A stretch of 64,000 bases of DNA from Calcarisporiella thermophila CBS 279.70 (taxonomy: Eukaryota; Fungi; Calcarisporiellomycota): positions 15,728 through 79,727 of the forward strand of contig NW_027192218.1 of the NCBI RefSeq assembly GCF_041956535.1, in the 5' to 3' direction. Position numbers and translations under genes: made by a program. Positions 26,800-38,586 of the stretch are shown in pieces. The notes beneath the pieces are model-generated. The model saw nothing but the letters and a program-made list of their open reading frames with translations, had not been told where the DNA came from and ran no database searches. Numbering within the stretch: the stretch's first letter is position 1; each line of letters opens with the position of its first letter.

Positions 26800-29555
26800 T
26801 TATCTGATGAGCCACGACTTGCACAATTTTTCCAGCCATCCACAAAGGCCGGATTCGTTTTCTTTCTCGTCGGCCTCGGTGCTGCCGGATAGCACGACCT
26901 CAACCCGAGCAGAAATTTGGATCTCTTGCTCCTGAGCGAGCTCTTCGACCCACCACCCCAATATCCAGTGAGCGGTGTCGTCTGAAATTGGCTCCCACCG
27001 TCCGCTGGTCAACACGATTTCGGCCTCGGTGGGCGAGGGGAAGATGGCTTTGGGCAAGAAGATCTCGGTCGGATGGGTGGAAAGTTCTGGCGGCGAGAGC
27101 AGACGGAACCGAAACTGGACCACGCTGGAGGACCCCTTGGGGATTATCTCATAAGCGGTGGAGAGGGGAAGGCCAGCGACCTTGTGAGGATAGGGGCGAT
27201 GCAGGGGGGGAACATCGCGAAGATTTTCGCAGGTGGGCGGAGGAGAGTAAATCGTTTTTTGGCTAGCGGCGGGGTCTATCGGCAGTGCTTCTCCGTTGTC
27301 TACTTCCGTGTCGGTCAGGGTGGTAGAGCTTGAATGGCTCACGGAGAACCCGACCTCGCTTCCATCCCCATGCTCAAGCAGGGGGACCCCGCTGTCCGAG
27401 CCCGTGGTATTCATCCGAGTTTGAAGCGAAAACCGCAGCGGCCGTGTGACGTGCGCTTTCACCTCACTGTAGCTCTGGGACTGAAGTTTGTATTTTAGGG
27501 CGGGGGCCGCTTGGAAAATACTGGAAATAAAAAAGGAATGGTGAGAAAGGTGTGTGAAGTTCTTTTGAGCATGCATAGAGGGCTGTGGGAGAAGTAAATG
27601 GGTGTAGATGATTACCTTAGATCTTCTCCGTTCCAATTGTCACCGTAGACGGGGTCGTTGTCTGGACAGTAATTCCACAGGGTGAAGTTCATCAAAGCAG
27701 TATCGAGTGCATGCAAGTTCGCGTCCAGGGCCCTACTCTGGGGGCTGGCCGCGTTCCGGATGTCCCTGCCGTCCCGTATTCCACTTCCCTCCAAATCGAA
27801 AGGAATCCCCACCTCTCCGATCAACACCGGGAAATCCCCAAACTGCTCCTTGGACTCGGCACGAATCAGCTCCATCTGATCCACGAAGCATTGCCGAATC
27901 GCACGCTCTCCGAACCGGATCGCCCCGGCGAGCCCGAGCCATCCATATTTGCCGCGCTTATACCCAAGGTAGTCGACATTGAAAGTACGCCACTTCTTAC
28001 TGATGAGGGTAAGCCCATCGTACCAGTGAGGAGAGTGCACGAGACGCTCGAGAGGCGCCTCCCCCGACGGGTTGAGCGAAGTGGGAGGCTCATTGGGCAT
28101 CGCGTGGGCGAAGATGATGGCATTGGGATGCACTTTTCGCAGGGCCAACGCGTAGCGCCGCGCGTACGGTACCCAGCAGTCGCGAGCCCAGTCTATCGGT
28201 AACCCCGTGCTCGGGTTGGTATAGAAGTAATCCGGCCTCAACAGCGCTCCCGTTTCAGGATCCCACACACCATGCTGTGCCCATAGACACTCGCCTCGTC
28301 GCCACTTGCTGGACTTTTCCCACCAGGGGAAGACACGGTCGCTTCCTTCGAGGCGGGTCCAGTCTTTTTCCGGCACGTCCCAGGCCCGCGCCCCGGCAGG
28401 ATCGATCAGCTGCATGCCTGCGTGATACGGGCCAAATGTGCCCATCTCCCATTTTTCGACCTGAGTGGCTAGCCCATGGCCGAGTTGGAAACCCTGGAAA
28501 GGGGTCGGCATGATATCCTTTCGCAGCTCGACAAAAGGCATCTGCTGACTCAGATCCTTCAGCCCCACGTAGCCAGGCCACGGTTCATTCAAGGTATCGT
28601 ATCCAACCACCACTTCATCGGCCAAGCCTTCTTCGGCCACGATTCTCTTCGCCAGTGCAACCATGGCGTTGATGAAATGGGTCTGCAGATACTCTTGGAT
28701 ATTGACCCCGTCCACAATACATTTGGGGGCAAAGAAGCTGCCTGCAAAGAACAGCGTCATCATGGTAGCGGTTGCCAGTTTGCTGTAGTTGGTAGACCAA
28801 ACCATCTTCGGGAAATTGAGCGGGTCCGGATAGGTGTTATGTACGATGGCCGCGTTGGTGGCGACAAAGCTGTTAGGGTTGAGTCCCACAAGAGTCAGTG
28901 TCCAACCGGGGGCTCCGGATCCGCCGCAATGGCGGGACCACTGTTTTAAATTTGGAGGAGAGATCAGGGATATGCCTATGTGCATGCGATATGGCTATGG
29001 GAAACCTTACCACATCCTGGTGCGGATCTATAAATACTCGAAATCCATATTGCTTGCACTTTTTAAGAACTTGAATAACATACTCTATGTACTCGACATC
29101 ATAAATACCACTAGAGCAAGAGAAGAGAAATGGATATGAGCGAGAAGATAGGGGGAGAAAGTGCTCTGGCACATCAACCGAAATCCAACTTACGGGCCCT
29201 CATGCTCCAAAGCTTCCCAGGTGACCAAATATCTCAGAAAATTGAACCCGAGGTTCTTTAATCTCTGCAAATGGGTATCTGCATCCTCAAGGGAGAAAGG
29301 TCGTCCGACAAAATTGACGAATCGATCGTGATCTACCCAGAAGTCCTTGAGATCGTGGGAAGGGATTCCAACGGGCAGTTTTGTTCCCCCGGATAAATTG
29401 ATGCCCCGGAGAAACAATATGCGACCGCTCTCTTGCTCCTTGAAATAAGGCCCATCAATAAGGAGCATGCCGTTGGATTTCTTTAGGGGAGGTCGTAAAG
29501 AATCGGAAAAATCGGTTGCCTCAGCAGGGATTGAATGGTTAGCTGAATCGATCAT
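26800..29555 (-). CDS. Glycoside hydrolase family 5 (endoglycoceramidase-related glucosylceramidase / sterylglucosidase, EGCrP/Egh1-like), multi-exon
   Basis: LRGINLSGGTKLP; FVGRPF; VTWEALEHEGPGIYD; IDPHQDVWSR; TLNEP (acid/base); PHWYD; IGEVGIP (nucleophile); WNYCPDN..GDNWNGEDLSIF. Confidence 0.93.
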
Positions 29556-30180
29556 TCAACAGGCTCTATATTTCAGTGGGAAGAGAATTTCAGAGGACAG
29601 TTTAGAACTGAGGGAGAGGAGAGGCCCAGGAGGAATGGAGGACTAACAAAGAGAAGAGAAACGAGGAAAAAGCTAGTCTCAGTATATCATTCCTTTGGCC
29701 CAGGTGAACAACAATATTCCCGCAAAAAAAAGTTTATGGGGATAGGAGGGAAAGGAGAAAGGTTTTTGGATTTGGGAACTTTATGCCCCGCCCGTGGAGG
29801 AAGGTGCCCACTGGAAGAATTTGGGCTTAAGGGCGGGTGCCTCTCATGCAGCCTGCCCATTTGTGTGGTTGGGCAGAACTGGATGGCGAGAGGTTAAGCC
29901 ATATCAAGCTTGCAGCACCGCGATACCTTGCATATCCCGCCCAGAGGATCCTAGTCCAGATCCCGCGGCTCTAAATGGGCCGAGCAGCTCAGTAAGTGTC
30001 CTAGTGGAAACGGAACTCCCCGAGCACAGCCGCGTGGGCCAGCCCTTTCCACAACGATCGGCTCAGCTATTTTCTCCATTCTCCCACTGCACGGCCCTAG
30101 CTAAAGAGAAGCCTAAGCCACCTCTGAAATTGTATGTCGTTTAGAGGGTCGCACAGTCTTTTCCTAGAATCGCCTCCACT

Positions 30181-30857
30181 ATGTCAAGCAAGGATCCAAA
30201 GAGACCAAACGCTATAGTCGCCTACCACGTTCCTCGAGCCGAGCAGGATGAGATGGATCCTGATGTGCCTGGCACCATCTCCATGGCCCTTGGTAGCTGC
30301 CTTTCGATTTCTTTTCTACATTTATATGCATCATCTTTAACCAATTCCTCTCTTATTTTTGGAATTAAGGTCTATTCGCCATGCTTGTTAGGGTAATACA
30401 CACATCATACATGCGTCCTGCTTGGATGCTTATAGTTTATTGTCTTGATGCTTACCCTTGTTTCTCCCGATAGCAAAAACTCGCTGGTTGGGGATCTCTT
30501 TGTTTTGCGAGTAAGTTTGCAATACCACGTTAGTTTTTTATTGTAACCCAATGGGCTAACTATGCACTTGCGTATACAGTTATGTCTTATATGAATCAAC
30601 GAGGTAAATTCTTGTGTTCATCTACGTGCCAATGCTCTTTCCTCAGCTTCTTGTGCTTTAGTGACCGAATCGGATGAGAATAAAGGAGGTTGGGCCAGCT
30701 TGATGTAAGTATACCCTACCCCTGAACTCGGTAGCCCAATACTCAAAAATTATCTAGGTTCGCATCATCGGCGCTGCTTATCTGCTACACGCCTATGATC
30801 ATTAACTTGTACTTGGCGCGGACTCAAGCAACGCAGCAGGACAGCTTCGGCAATTAA
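30181..30857 (+). CDS. Asterix/PAT10 (WDR83OS, UPF0139) ER membrane chaperone subunit; ~6 exons including ~23-24 nt micro-exons
   Basis: Assembled MSSKDPKRPNAIVAY..GTISMALGLFAMLVRQKLAGWGSLCFAIMSYMNQR..SLMFASSALLICY matches the DPRRP + 3-TM Asterix pattern. Confidence 0.75.
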
Positions 30858-32030
30858 TTGCGGTTCATGTTACTTATTTAATTATGCTAATAAACTCGTT
30901 AGATTTGCAAGTATGTGGGAGGCTTCTCATTGGAAATGGGCTCCACAAGATACGAACGCCTCTATATCGGTAGCAATGCGACCCTCTAGGATTGACGCAA
31001 GCTATGGCTGCTTTAAAAGCAAATGCCATTTTAGCCATGAAGCACCCCCTTAACAATTAGGAAGACTTACCAGCTGATGCTTATTGAGATACATTTAAGT
31101 GCATGCAGGAAAGTATGCGGGACCTTATTAGGACGAGTAATGCGGAGACCATGCATTCTCCCCTGTCCAGCGTGCTGCTTTTTAAAGAGAGAAGCGGGCG
31201 CAGGATTGTGGGCGCAGAAAAAATCAGTGCCGTTAGGACTCTCGACTTATATGAGGAAGCAAGCCCTTCCTGTTGGGAGAAGCTCGGTGGAGCAGAGAAG
31301 GAGGCGGGTCGGGGGGCATTCTGTTTGGGCGAGAGACATATAGCAAGCATGCCCTGGCACTGCGCAACCACAACAAGAGCAATTAAACAAAACTGGTTCT
31401 GAGTCGAGTTGGGCCGCCTTGAACATTCCTGGAAACGAGACTTCTAGATTGAGGGCTCTGTCCAATCAGCGCCAAGAATCCCACGACGTGATTGGCGCGA
31501 AGCTCAAGCAAAAATAATTAGCGCACGGCAACTCAAGGCCAAATGCAATAATGGGGGGAGGCGGCTCGACACTCTCCAACGTGGCCTTCGCGTGTTCTGC
31601 AGGCATGCGCTCCTATGCGGAATCCGGCCGTATTCCCCAGTGGACTCCTCGGCAATGGATCCGCTGCGGCCGGTTTCTTTAATTTCGATTCTGGTGACGA
31701 AAAGGAATCGGTGTTCCTCCACATACTTCAACTCCTCCCGATTTTCTTGCTCCCCTCTTTTATTAATTCGGCCTCGTCCTTGTCAAAACCACAGGCGAGA
31801 TTGTCTTTTTGGCAAATAACGACAGCTTCCATCCTCCCCTCTATTGATGAATTGCTGATGACTCTTACATAAACCTGCATCCCCTTACCCATCCTTACAT
31901 TTCCGCATATTATTCCTCTGAAGATTTGTAGCTTACTTTCAATCTTTAATTGCTCATCCCCTATATCCCCTCTGACTCCCTAGTCCCGGCCCCACTAATT
32001 CCCCTCTCTAAGGCATTACCTCTTCCTCCC

Positions 32031-33518
32031 ATGTCACACGTGGTTAACCCTCCCACACCCGCCCATCAGCTGCATCTCTCTCAGGATCAGTCTTCCTCTC
32101 CTCTAATGGACTCTGCTCTTCGCTCCTCGCCATCTAGTGAGAAGGGGAGTACCAAAAGCTTGAACCAAAAGAGTGCAAAGGTCAAATCTTTCGACAATAT
32201 CAAGTACAAGTCGCAGGGGGGCAATGTCAAGGTCCAGAGTATCAAGCTAGGTGAGCTTGCCTTGGAAGATAGGTTTTACCAACACTTGTTAAATTTCATT
32301 CGCCTAAATCTAGATTGGTCGCATGTAAAGCCACGGATTGATTCACGTCGCACCGATGATGGCTCGGTGCAGACTTCTCCTGAAACATCTCCTCGCCAAT
32401 CGTCCCGTTCCCAATCCAAAGCCTCGACGCGTGCTGAGCGCCCTCCCGCGCCGTTTTCTCAGAAGCTGGACTGGTCGCATGTGAAGCCTAAGGTCGACGC
32501 CCGCTTGAGTGGCGACCTGCTTACCCAAAGGGCATCCAAGGCTTCGCCTGCAGCAGACGCAAATGAAATCGAGAAAAAGCTTGCAAAGAGAAGACATTCC
32601 AACATAGTGTCTCCAGCAAAGAAGCTGCCCGACTGGTCCCATGTGAAATCCAAAGTGGGCTCCATTCGTAGCGAGGGTGGGCTGCAGAAGAAGGACGAGC
32701 CGGAGGAGAGTGCCGAGAAGAAATCGTCCAAGAGGAACAGCTTGATACGAGCGAGAAGGCGCCACACCGTAATGATACCATCGATTGCCACCGGACAAAA
32801 GTTGGACTGGTCCCACATCAAGTCGAAGGTGGGCTCTATCCGTAGTGAGGAAGAAATGGCGGCAAGCGCCAAGTCGAGTGGCGACAGGAAGCCGTCCAAA
32901 CGCGCCTCGGCAGATAATCGCCGCCACACGTTCCAACCTTTGCCAGGGCAGAAGCTCGATTTCTCTCACGTCAAGTCAAGGATCGGCTCACTGCGAAGCG
33001 AAGAGGAGCGAAAGCGCGAGGAAGAAGTCGCCAAGAAAGCGGCGCGGCGACACACCATCGCCCCCTCGAATACGAAGCTCGACTTCTCCCATGTGAAGTC
33101 AAAAGTCGGGTCTCTTCCCCCCATGGCTCGGTCGCGCACCTCTAGCCTAACCTCGCGCTCCAGTGGCACCGCCGACTCTTCTTCTCGCGGTCGTCGCTCA
33201 ATGCCCCCGCCTCCCGCGCAAAAGCTGGACTGGTCGCACATCAAGTCCAAGGTGGGGTCACTGGACAACATCACCTATGTGTCACACGGAGGCACGAAGA
33301 AAATCCAAAACAACAAGCTACCTGACTTCTCCCATGTAAACTCAAAGGTGGAGTCGGGCAAGAGGGAGAGTAGTAGCATTGCGCCCCAGAGCCCGATATC
33401 CCCTCAGGCCACGCCCAGCAACATGGAGTCCGAGGTGGCGGAGCCCAAGCTTCCACCCCAAACGCCGAAGACGGAGGAAATTCCGGATGGAGAACATACT
33501 GAAGCGGCCCCCCTGTGA
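32031..33518 (+). CDS. Tau/MAP2/MAP4-like microtubule-binding repeat protein; probable 63-nt intron 32251-32313
   Basis: KLDWSHIKSKVGSLDNITYVSHGGTKKIQNNKL versus tau R4 [34 protein letters not shown]; 8 D[WF]SH[VI] units; basic, Ser/Pro-rich, apparently disordered. The start codon is uncertain (32031 or 32106). Confidence 0.82.
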   Translation: MSHVVNPPTPAHQLHLSQDQSSSPLMDSALRSSPSSEKGSTKSLNQKSAKVKSFDNIKYKSQGGNVKVQSIKLGELALEDRFYQHLLNFIRLNLDWSHVKPRIDSRRTDDGSVQTSPETSPRQSSRSQSKASTRAERPPAPFSQKLDWSHVKPKVDARLSGDLLTQRASKASPAADANEIEKKLAKRRHSNIVSPAKKLPDWSHVKSKVGSIRSEGGLQKKDEPEESAEKKSSKRNSLIRARRRHTVMIPSIATGQKLDWSHIKSKVGSIRSEEEMAASAKSSGDRKPSKRASADNRRHTFQPLPGQKLDFSHVKSRIGSLRSEEERKREEEVAKKAARRHTIAPSNTKLDFSHVKSKVGSLPPMARSRTSSLTSRSSGTADSSSRGRRSMPPPPAQKLDWSHIKSKVGSLDNITYVSHGGTKKIQNNKLPDFSHVNSKVESGKRESSSIAPQSPISPQATPSNMESEVAEPKLPPQTPKTEEIPDGEHTEAAPL

Positions 33519-34024
33519 GTGAAAAGGTGCCTCGTGTAATTTTTTGAGAAAGTTGCGGCTGGCTACGTTTTCTTTCCTTTTGTGTTATATCGTATCATGG
33601 AGCGAATGGGCTCCTTTCCTATATTCTATTTCTCTCTATTTTTCCCTCTTTTTTTTTGTTTGATTTATTTAGCTTGTGTAGGCCTTCTTCTTCTTAAGTG
33701 TTAGCCTTCCTATTGTTGATTAGTAGTTTTGATAGCTTTTATTTCCTGCTTACTATTTTTATTTTACCCTCTTTCCCCCCCCCCCCTTCCCCTCCCTGTG
33801 CGGAATACGTTGAAAGCCTATTTCTACTTTACTACTAAGTGTGGATCATTTCATATTTCTCTTGGATTTGATAATGAATAAAGACGACCTCCCTTCGTTT
33901 TAGTTGAAGAGGATGCTCTTGAGTGGGTGGTAGATTGAGGGGATTGGGTATCGATGGGACGAAATGGCTACCGCGCCAACAGGCTTTATTTTCTAACGAC
34001 AAAATAAGACAAAAGATCGACCGG

Positions 34025-35007
34025 TCAGGGACTTAACCGCCTCTCCAGTTCCCTAACAATCCCCTCCTCGGCAATGACCACCTCCCGCTTCAAAAGTTCA
34101 TAAACTCCCACCTCCTCTATACTCAACACCTCTACTCCCGGCAAGTTCCGTGCCGCCAGCTCCAACTCTTTTCTCTCCCCGCTATTCCCGATAATGAAGA
34201 GTATGGAGTCCCACTGATTGCGCTGGATGATGTGAGCCAGCTCCTGGGTCTTATGGGTGGGTAGTGCAAGAGAGTCCACCACGACCAGCTGGTTTTGAGC
34301 GTATTTAGTGGAGAGGGCAACCCGAAGGCCAAGATTGCGTACTCTCACGGGCAGCTCCGTTGTGTGATCGCGCGGTTTTGGTCCAAAGGGTATGCCACCT
34401 GTTCAGCTCCTTCACGTTAGCATCCCAGAAAAGAGAGACAAGCAAGGAAAAACAATCAAGACACTGGGCGCAGATCGCCACTGGTGCATATCTAGTATTT
34501 ACCTCCTCTAAATTGAGGCGCTCGAATAGATCCATGCCGCGCTCCTCCCGTGCCTTTTTGCGGTAAAATCTTTCTTGAACTTCCTCGCACATCCGCCCGG
34601 CCTTTGGTGGAGTGAGTGCCTTGGCGCAAGGCATCACGTTGCCATACCACTACGCGATGGAGAATATCGCGCCGTAGAGGCGCTCCGAATACCTTGCGAT
34701 CCAAGGAGATAATGGCGGTAGGTTCAGATGTTGGAAAAGTGCGGAGGAGAGCTTGGAGAGTGGAGGGAATGGGCGAAATAGCTATCAACCAAGATTCAAT
34801 ATGGAGGTGGGAGGTTAGCCAAATGGCCTCGATCTAGATTGCGAAGGCAGGATTCATACCTTTGGGTGCTTCCGAAGCAAAAGTGCGGGAAAGCGCCCTT
34901 CGGCATGGGTTCTATCGGCAATGATAAACATGTCAGGTTATGCCATCATTCATCACACGGGAGAATGTCTTATATACTTGTAGTATCTGTGTTGTTATTT
35001 TCCACAT
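34025..35007 (-). CDS. YML6: Mitochondrial ribosomal protein uL4m, multi-exon
   Basis: Presequence [10 protein letters not shown]|[14 protein letters not shown]; [51 protein letters not shown]; FGPKPRD; [11 protein letters not shown]. Confidence 0.93.
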
Positions 35008-35185
35008 CAATTTACTTAATCTCCTCCCTCTTTAATCTCGATCTCAACGAAAACCAACGAAATAATCCAATTCTTGGTTATAATGACTTTGTTTACGCAA
35101 ATCGGATCCCCTTACTTCTTCCAATCACTGGCGCAGCTCCTATTTCTCCACTTTTCTTCAGCCTAAGGCCAAACCCACAACCCTA

Positions 35186-35812
35186 ATGGAGGCCTCAACA
35201 AATCCGTCCAATGCCGGCATTATTTCTCGCAATGGTGAACGTGTTGTTCCAGCGTCGAGAAGACCCGATGGATCTCTTCGAAAGGAAATTCGCATTCGAC
35301 CTGGGTACGTCCCACAGGAGGACATTCGTCGGTACACCAATGAGCGTCTTGAGGCGGCTCGACGGATGCGATTGGCACAAGAGGCGGCTGCCAAGGAGGG
35401 ATTAGTCGCAGGAAGCAGCGGATACTCGCCGGCATTACCACCAGGATATGCACCGGTATCCTCCCAGGTAGAGCTTCCGATCCGAGAGAAAACGAAAAAT
35501 CAGAAGAAGCATGAAAGACGACGGAAGAAGAATGAAGAAAAGAGAGCAGCGGAACAAAGTGCAACCAAGGCACAAGAAGAAAGAGTTGAGGAGGAGATTC
35601 AAGAAAAGAAGGAGCCGGAACAAAGGAAGGCAGAGGAAGAGCCTGAAAAGGAGGACGTCAAACTTATGCGTTCTTTGCAAAAGAAACTTCAACAGATCGA
35701 GGTGTTACGAGAGCGAGAGGCGCAAGGAGAAAAGTTACAACCAGAGCAGCGAGAGAAAGTGGATCGCTTGCCAGAACTGGAGTCACAACTTCAAAAGCTC
35801 CAGATAAAATGA
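35186..35812 (+). CDS. PYM1: Partner of Y14 and Mago (PYM1/WIBG), exon-junction-complex disassembly factor
   Basis: VPASRRPDGSLRKEIRIRPGYVPQED; C-terminal LQKKLQQIEVL..LQPEQREKV; divergent from uL4m across 178 bp. Confidence 0.92.
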   Translation: MEASTNPSNAGIISRNGERVVPASRRPDGSLRKEIRIRPGYVPQEDIRRYTNERLEAARRMRLAQEAAAKEGLVAGSSGYSPALPPGYAPVSSQVELPIREKTKNQKKHERRRKKNEEKRAAEQSATKAQEERVEEEIQEKKEPEQRKAEEEPEKEDVKLMRSLQKKLQQIEVLREREAQGEKLQPEQREKVDRLPELESQLQKLQIK

Positions 35813-36580
35813 TCTTTTATTTTTGTTTTTGCAGGCGCCTTTACTGCTCTTTGTATATGCTGTTTGTTTATTTTTTTTTTCTTCCTTCTCTTTCCATGGA
35901 CTCTTTCACATAGTTCTCCTTTTTTTTCCTTTGTTTGCCTTTTCTCAGTGGAATTCCGCTTTCCTATTTTTACTAGGATCTATATGATAAACATCACTTC
36001 AATTTTCCCACTATTTGTGTTTGAAAACTTAAAGTATACGCGCCTAGTTGGCCTTGGGAAAGGAAAAATGAAAGAAAAATTCAACTACCAAACTCCTCAA
36101 AGCTTCTTTAGAGAGTGACACCAGTATATTCTTGAATAGGGAGAAAATTTAATTTTTCTATATCAAAATGCTCGTATTTGCTTCACAAATAGTTCATTGA
36201 TCATGGCTGCTATGTGCTTCATATCTCCACAAATTTTGTTAGATTAGGTTGGGGGCAGTTCTAGATAACAAAAGTTGATTCAATTACCAAGGAAGTTATG
36301 CACCTGACCTATCTGGCTTGCGTTTTTTTCAGAAATTAGCCTGATGCCATTTTATTATGGTGGCATTCGCTAGCCCTAACTAGCAATAATTAAATACTAA
36401 TCTCTTATCTGATATGGTCCATGTTCACCACTGTGTTTTATAAATCGGCAATTGACCTTATGAGCAAATAAGTTTGAATTGGTCGATAAAACTTCTCTTA
36501 TCTAGCATAGGAGGTAGATATGATTTTACTTATGAAGATTCCTTAGCAATCCTCTTCTTTTACACCTCATTAAAAAGAAG

Positions 36581-38187
36581 ATGAATATCACGGAGCCTAC
36601 AGAAAGGACGTGGAGAACTGTTGATGCTTCACTCTACAACTGGAAACTCTCTTCTTCGCTTGAAGATACTGGAGAGGGCATGGTAAAGGAATGTTCCATG
36701 GCCGAAGAGACAACTCCAGGCGGCAAATGCGAAACATCCGAAGTAGATGCATCGTCAAATCCCCAATCCTCTTCACCCTCTCAAATTTTCCTTGATGATT
36801 TCACTCCTCTCTCGGTTTTGGGACGCGGAGCCTATGCCAAGGTCTTATTAGTTCGCCACAATGCAACCTTTCAACTATACGCAATGAAGGTTTTAAGGAA
36901 AGCATGCGTGAAAGATATAGAACACGTACGTGCAGAGCGAAATATCCTAAAGCAGGTGCGCAGCCCATTCATAGTGAAACTGTGGGCAGCATTCCAAACC
37001 CCCGGTGCGGATGGTAATCTCTACTTGCTAATGGAGTATGCAAGCGGCGGTGAGCTATTGAAGTATATGGAACGAGGTCAGAGAGACTGATTGATATTAC
37101 GCGGATCGCCTTGATCTTCAATGGTGTGGCACTGACTGAGGTTGCTTCTGTTTATCTTATTTTTGCAGAGGGCAAGTTTAAGGAACCCGTCGCTGCCTTT
37201 TATACCGCAGAACTGACACTAGCAATCGATTATTTACATGCTCGTGGCGTTATTTATCGCGACCTAAAGCCCGAAAACTGTCTGCTTGATGCGGAAGGGC
37301 ATATCTTGCTTACCGATTTTGGGCTAAGTAAAATGTCCATACGCGGAGGAAGTGAAGAGCCGCGCGCAACCTCTCTTTGCGGCACGACCGAGTACATAGC
37401 TCCAGAGATGTTCCTTACCATAAACTATGGTTGCTCCGTGGATTGGTGGAGTTTAGGAATTCTTCTTTATGATATGCTAACAGGCTCCGTAAGTTGAGGG
37501 TCGTCCCCTGGAGTTAAGTTTGACGCACTAGTTTAACCCTTAACTTCACCTCGACTTAGCCACCGTTTGTCTCAAATGACTACAAGGGAACGGTCGAGGC
37601 TATACTTAATAATACACTTCATCTCCCAGATCATCTTTCGCCAGAAGCAAAGGATTTGCTAACAAAGGTGACATTGCAATAGTGGGTCCCCAAGTTTTTG
37701 GTTCTCCTCATCAGTTCCCATCCTTTAGATCCTAAATAAGAATCCAGACGAACGAATCGGCTGTTCATCAGATGGCACTGTTCCTATTCAATCGCACTCC
37801 TTTTTTCGCAATATCGACTGGAGTGCTCTTGAATCGCGTAGCGCTGTTCCGCCCATCCGCCCATGCATCACCCAACCTGAACTAGCGGAAAATTTCGACG
37901 CCCTCGCTCACATAGACACAACACATAGCTCCTCAACCTCTATCTCTTCACCAAGGTCCGGGCCTAGTGCTTGGAGGCGAAGCAGCGATTGGCTAAGTAA
38001 TCGCAGCGAATACGAGCATGGGCGAAGTGAATTGGATGCATCTAGCTGCGAGGCACGCGGAAGAAAGGATGACACAGGAGATAATATGGATTTGCGGGAA
38101 AAAAGAAGGTTGACATTAGGGATGATCGAAGGATTTAACTATGTGGCTAAGGAATGGCACCCCGAACACGAGAAGATCCCTATTTAA
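36581..38187 (+). CDS. AGC-family Ser/Thr kinase, p70S6K/Psk1/Ypk3-like, multi-exon
   Basis: [76 protein letters not shown]; tail IEGFNYVA. Confidence 0.9.
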
Positions 38188-38586
38188 TGTATCATATCGT
38201 CTCTTTCTATAGCTTGCTCAGCAGTAGCACTGTCATTTCTAGGATAGTTATTATTAAGCTCGGCATTTCTTCCGATTTTTTACACTTGGTTAGGTAATGG
38301 TCATTCATTAATTTCCGCTCCCAACCCTTGTCATATATTTTCTTTAATACCCCTCCCCCATTATTTTATTGCTTACCTGACTCAACCGATGTTTCAAAGC
38401 GTCCGAAATTTCACGATCTGTATATATTGAGTGGCTTGGTTTAATTTATTTTTTATTTCTCGCTCGTCATTTACAAAGATTCATTTTATACTCGCGTGAA
38501 TAAAAACACCGGGTGGTAAAATTACGCGATAACTTTACCAAACTCCTATTTCCGTTCCATACACAGCCTAGACACTATCCGATAGA

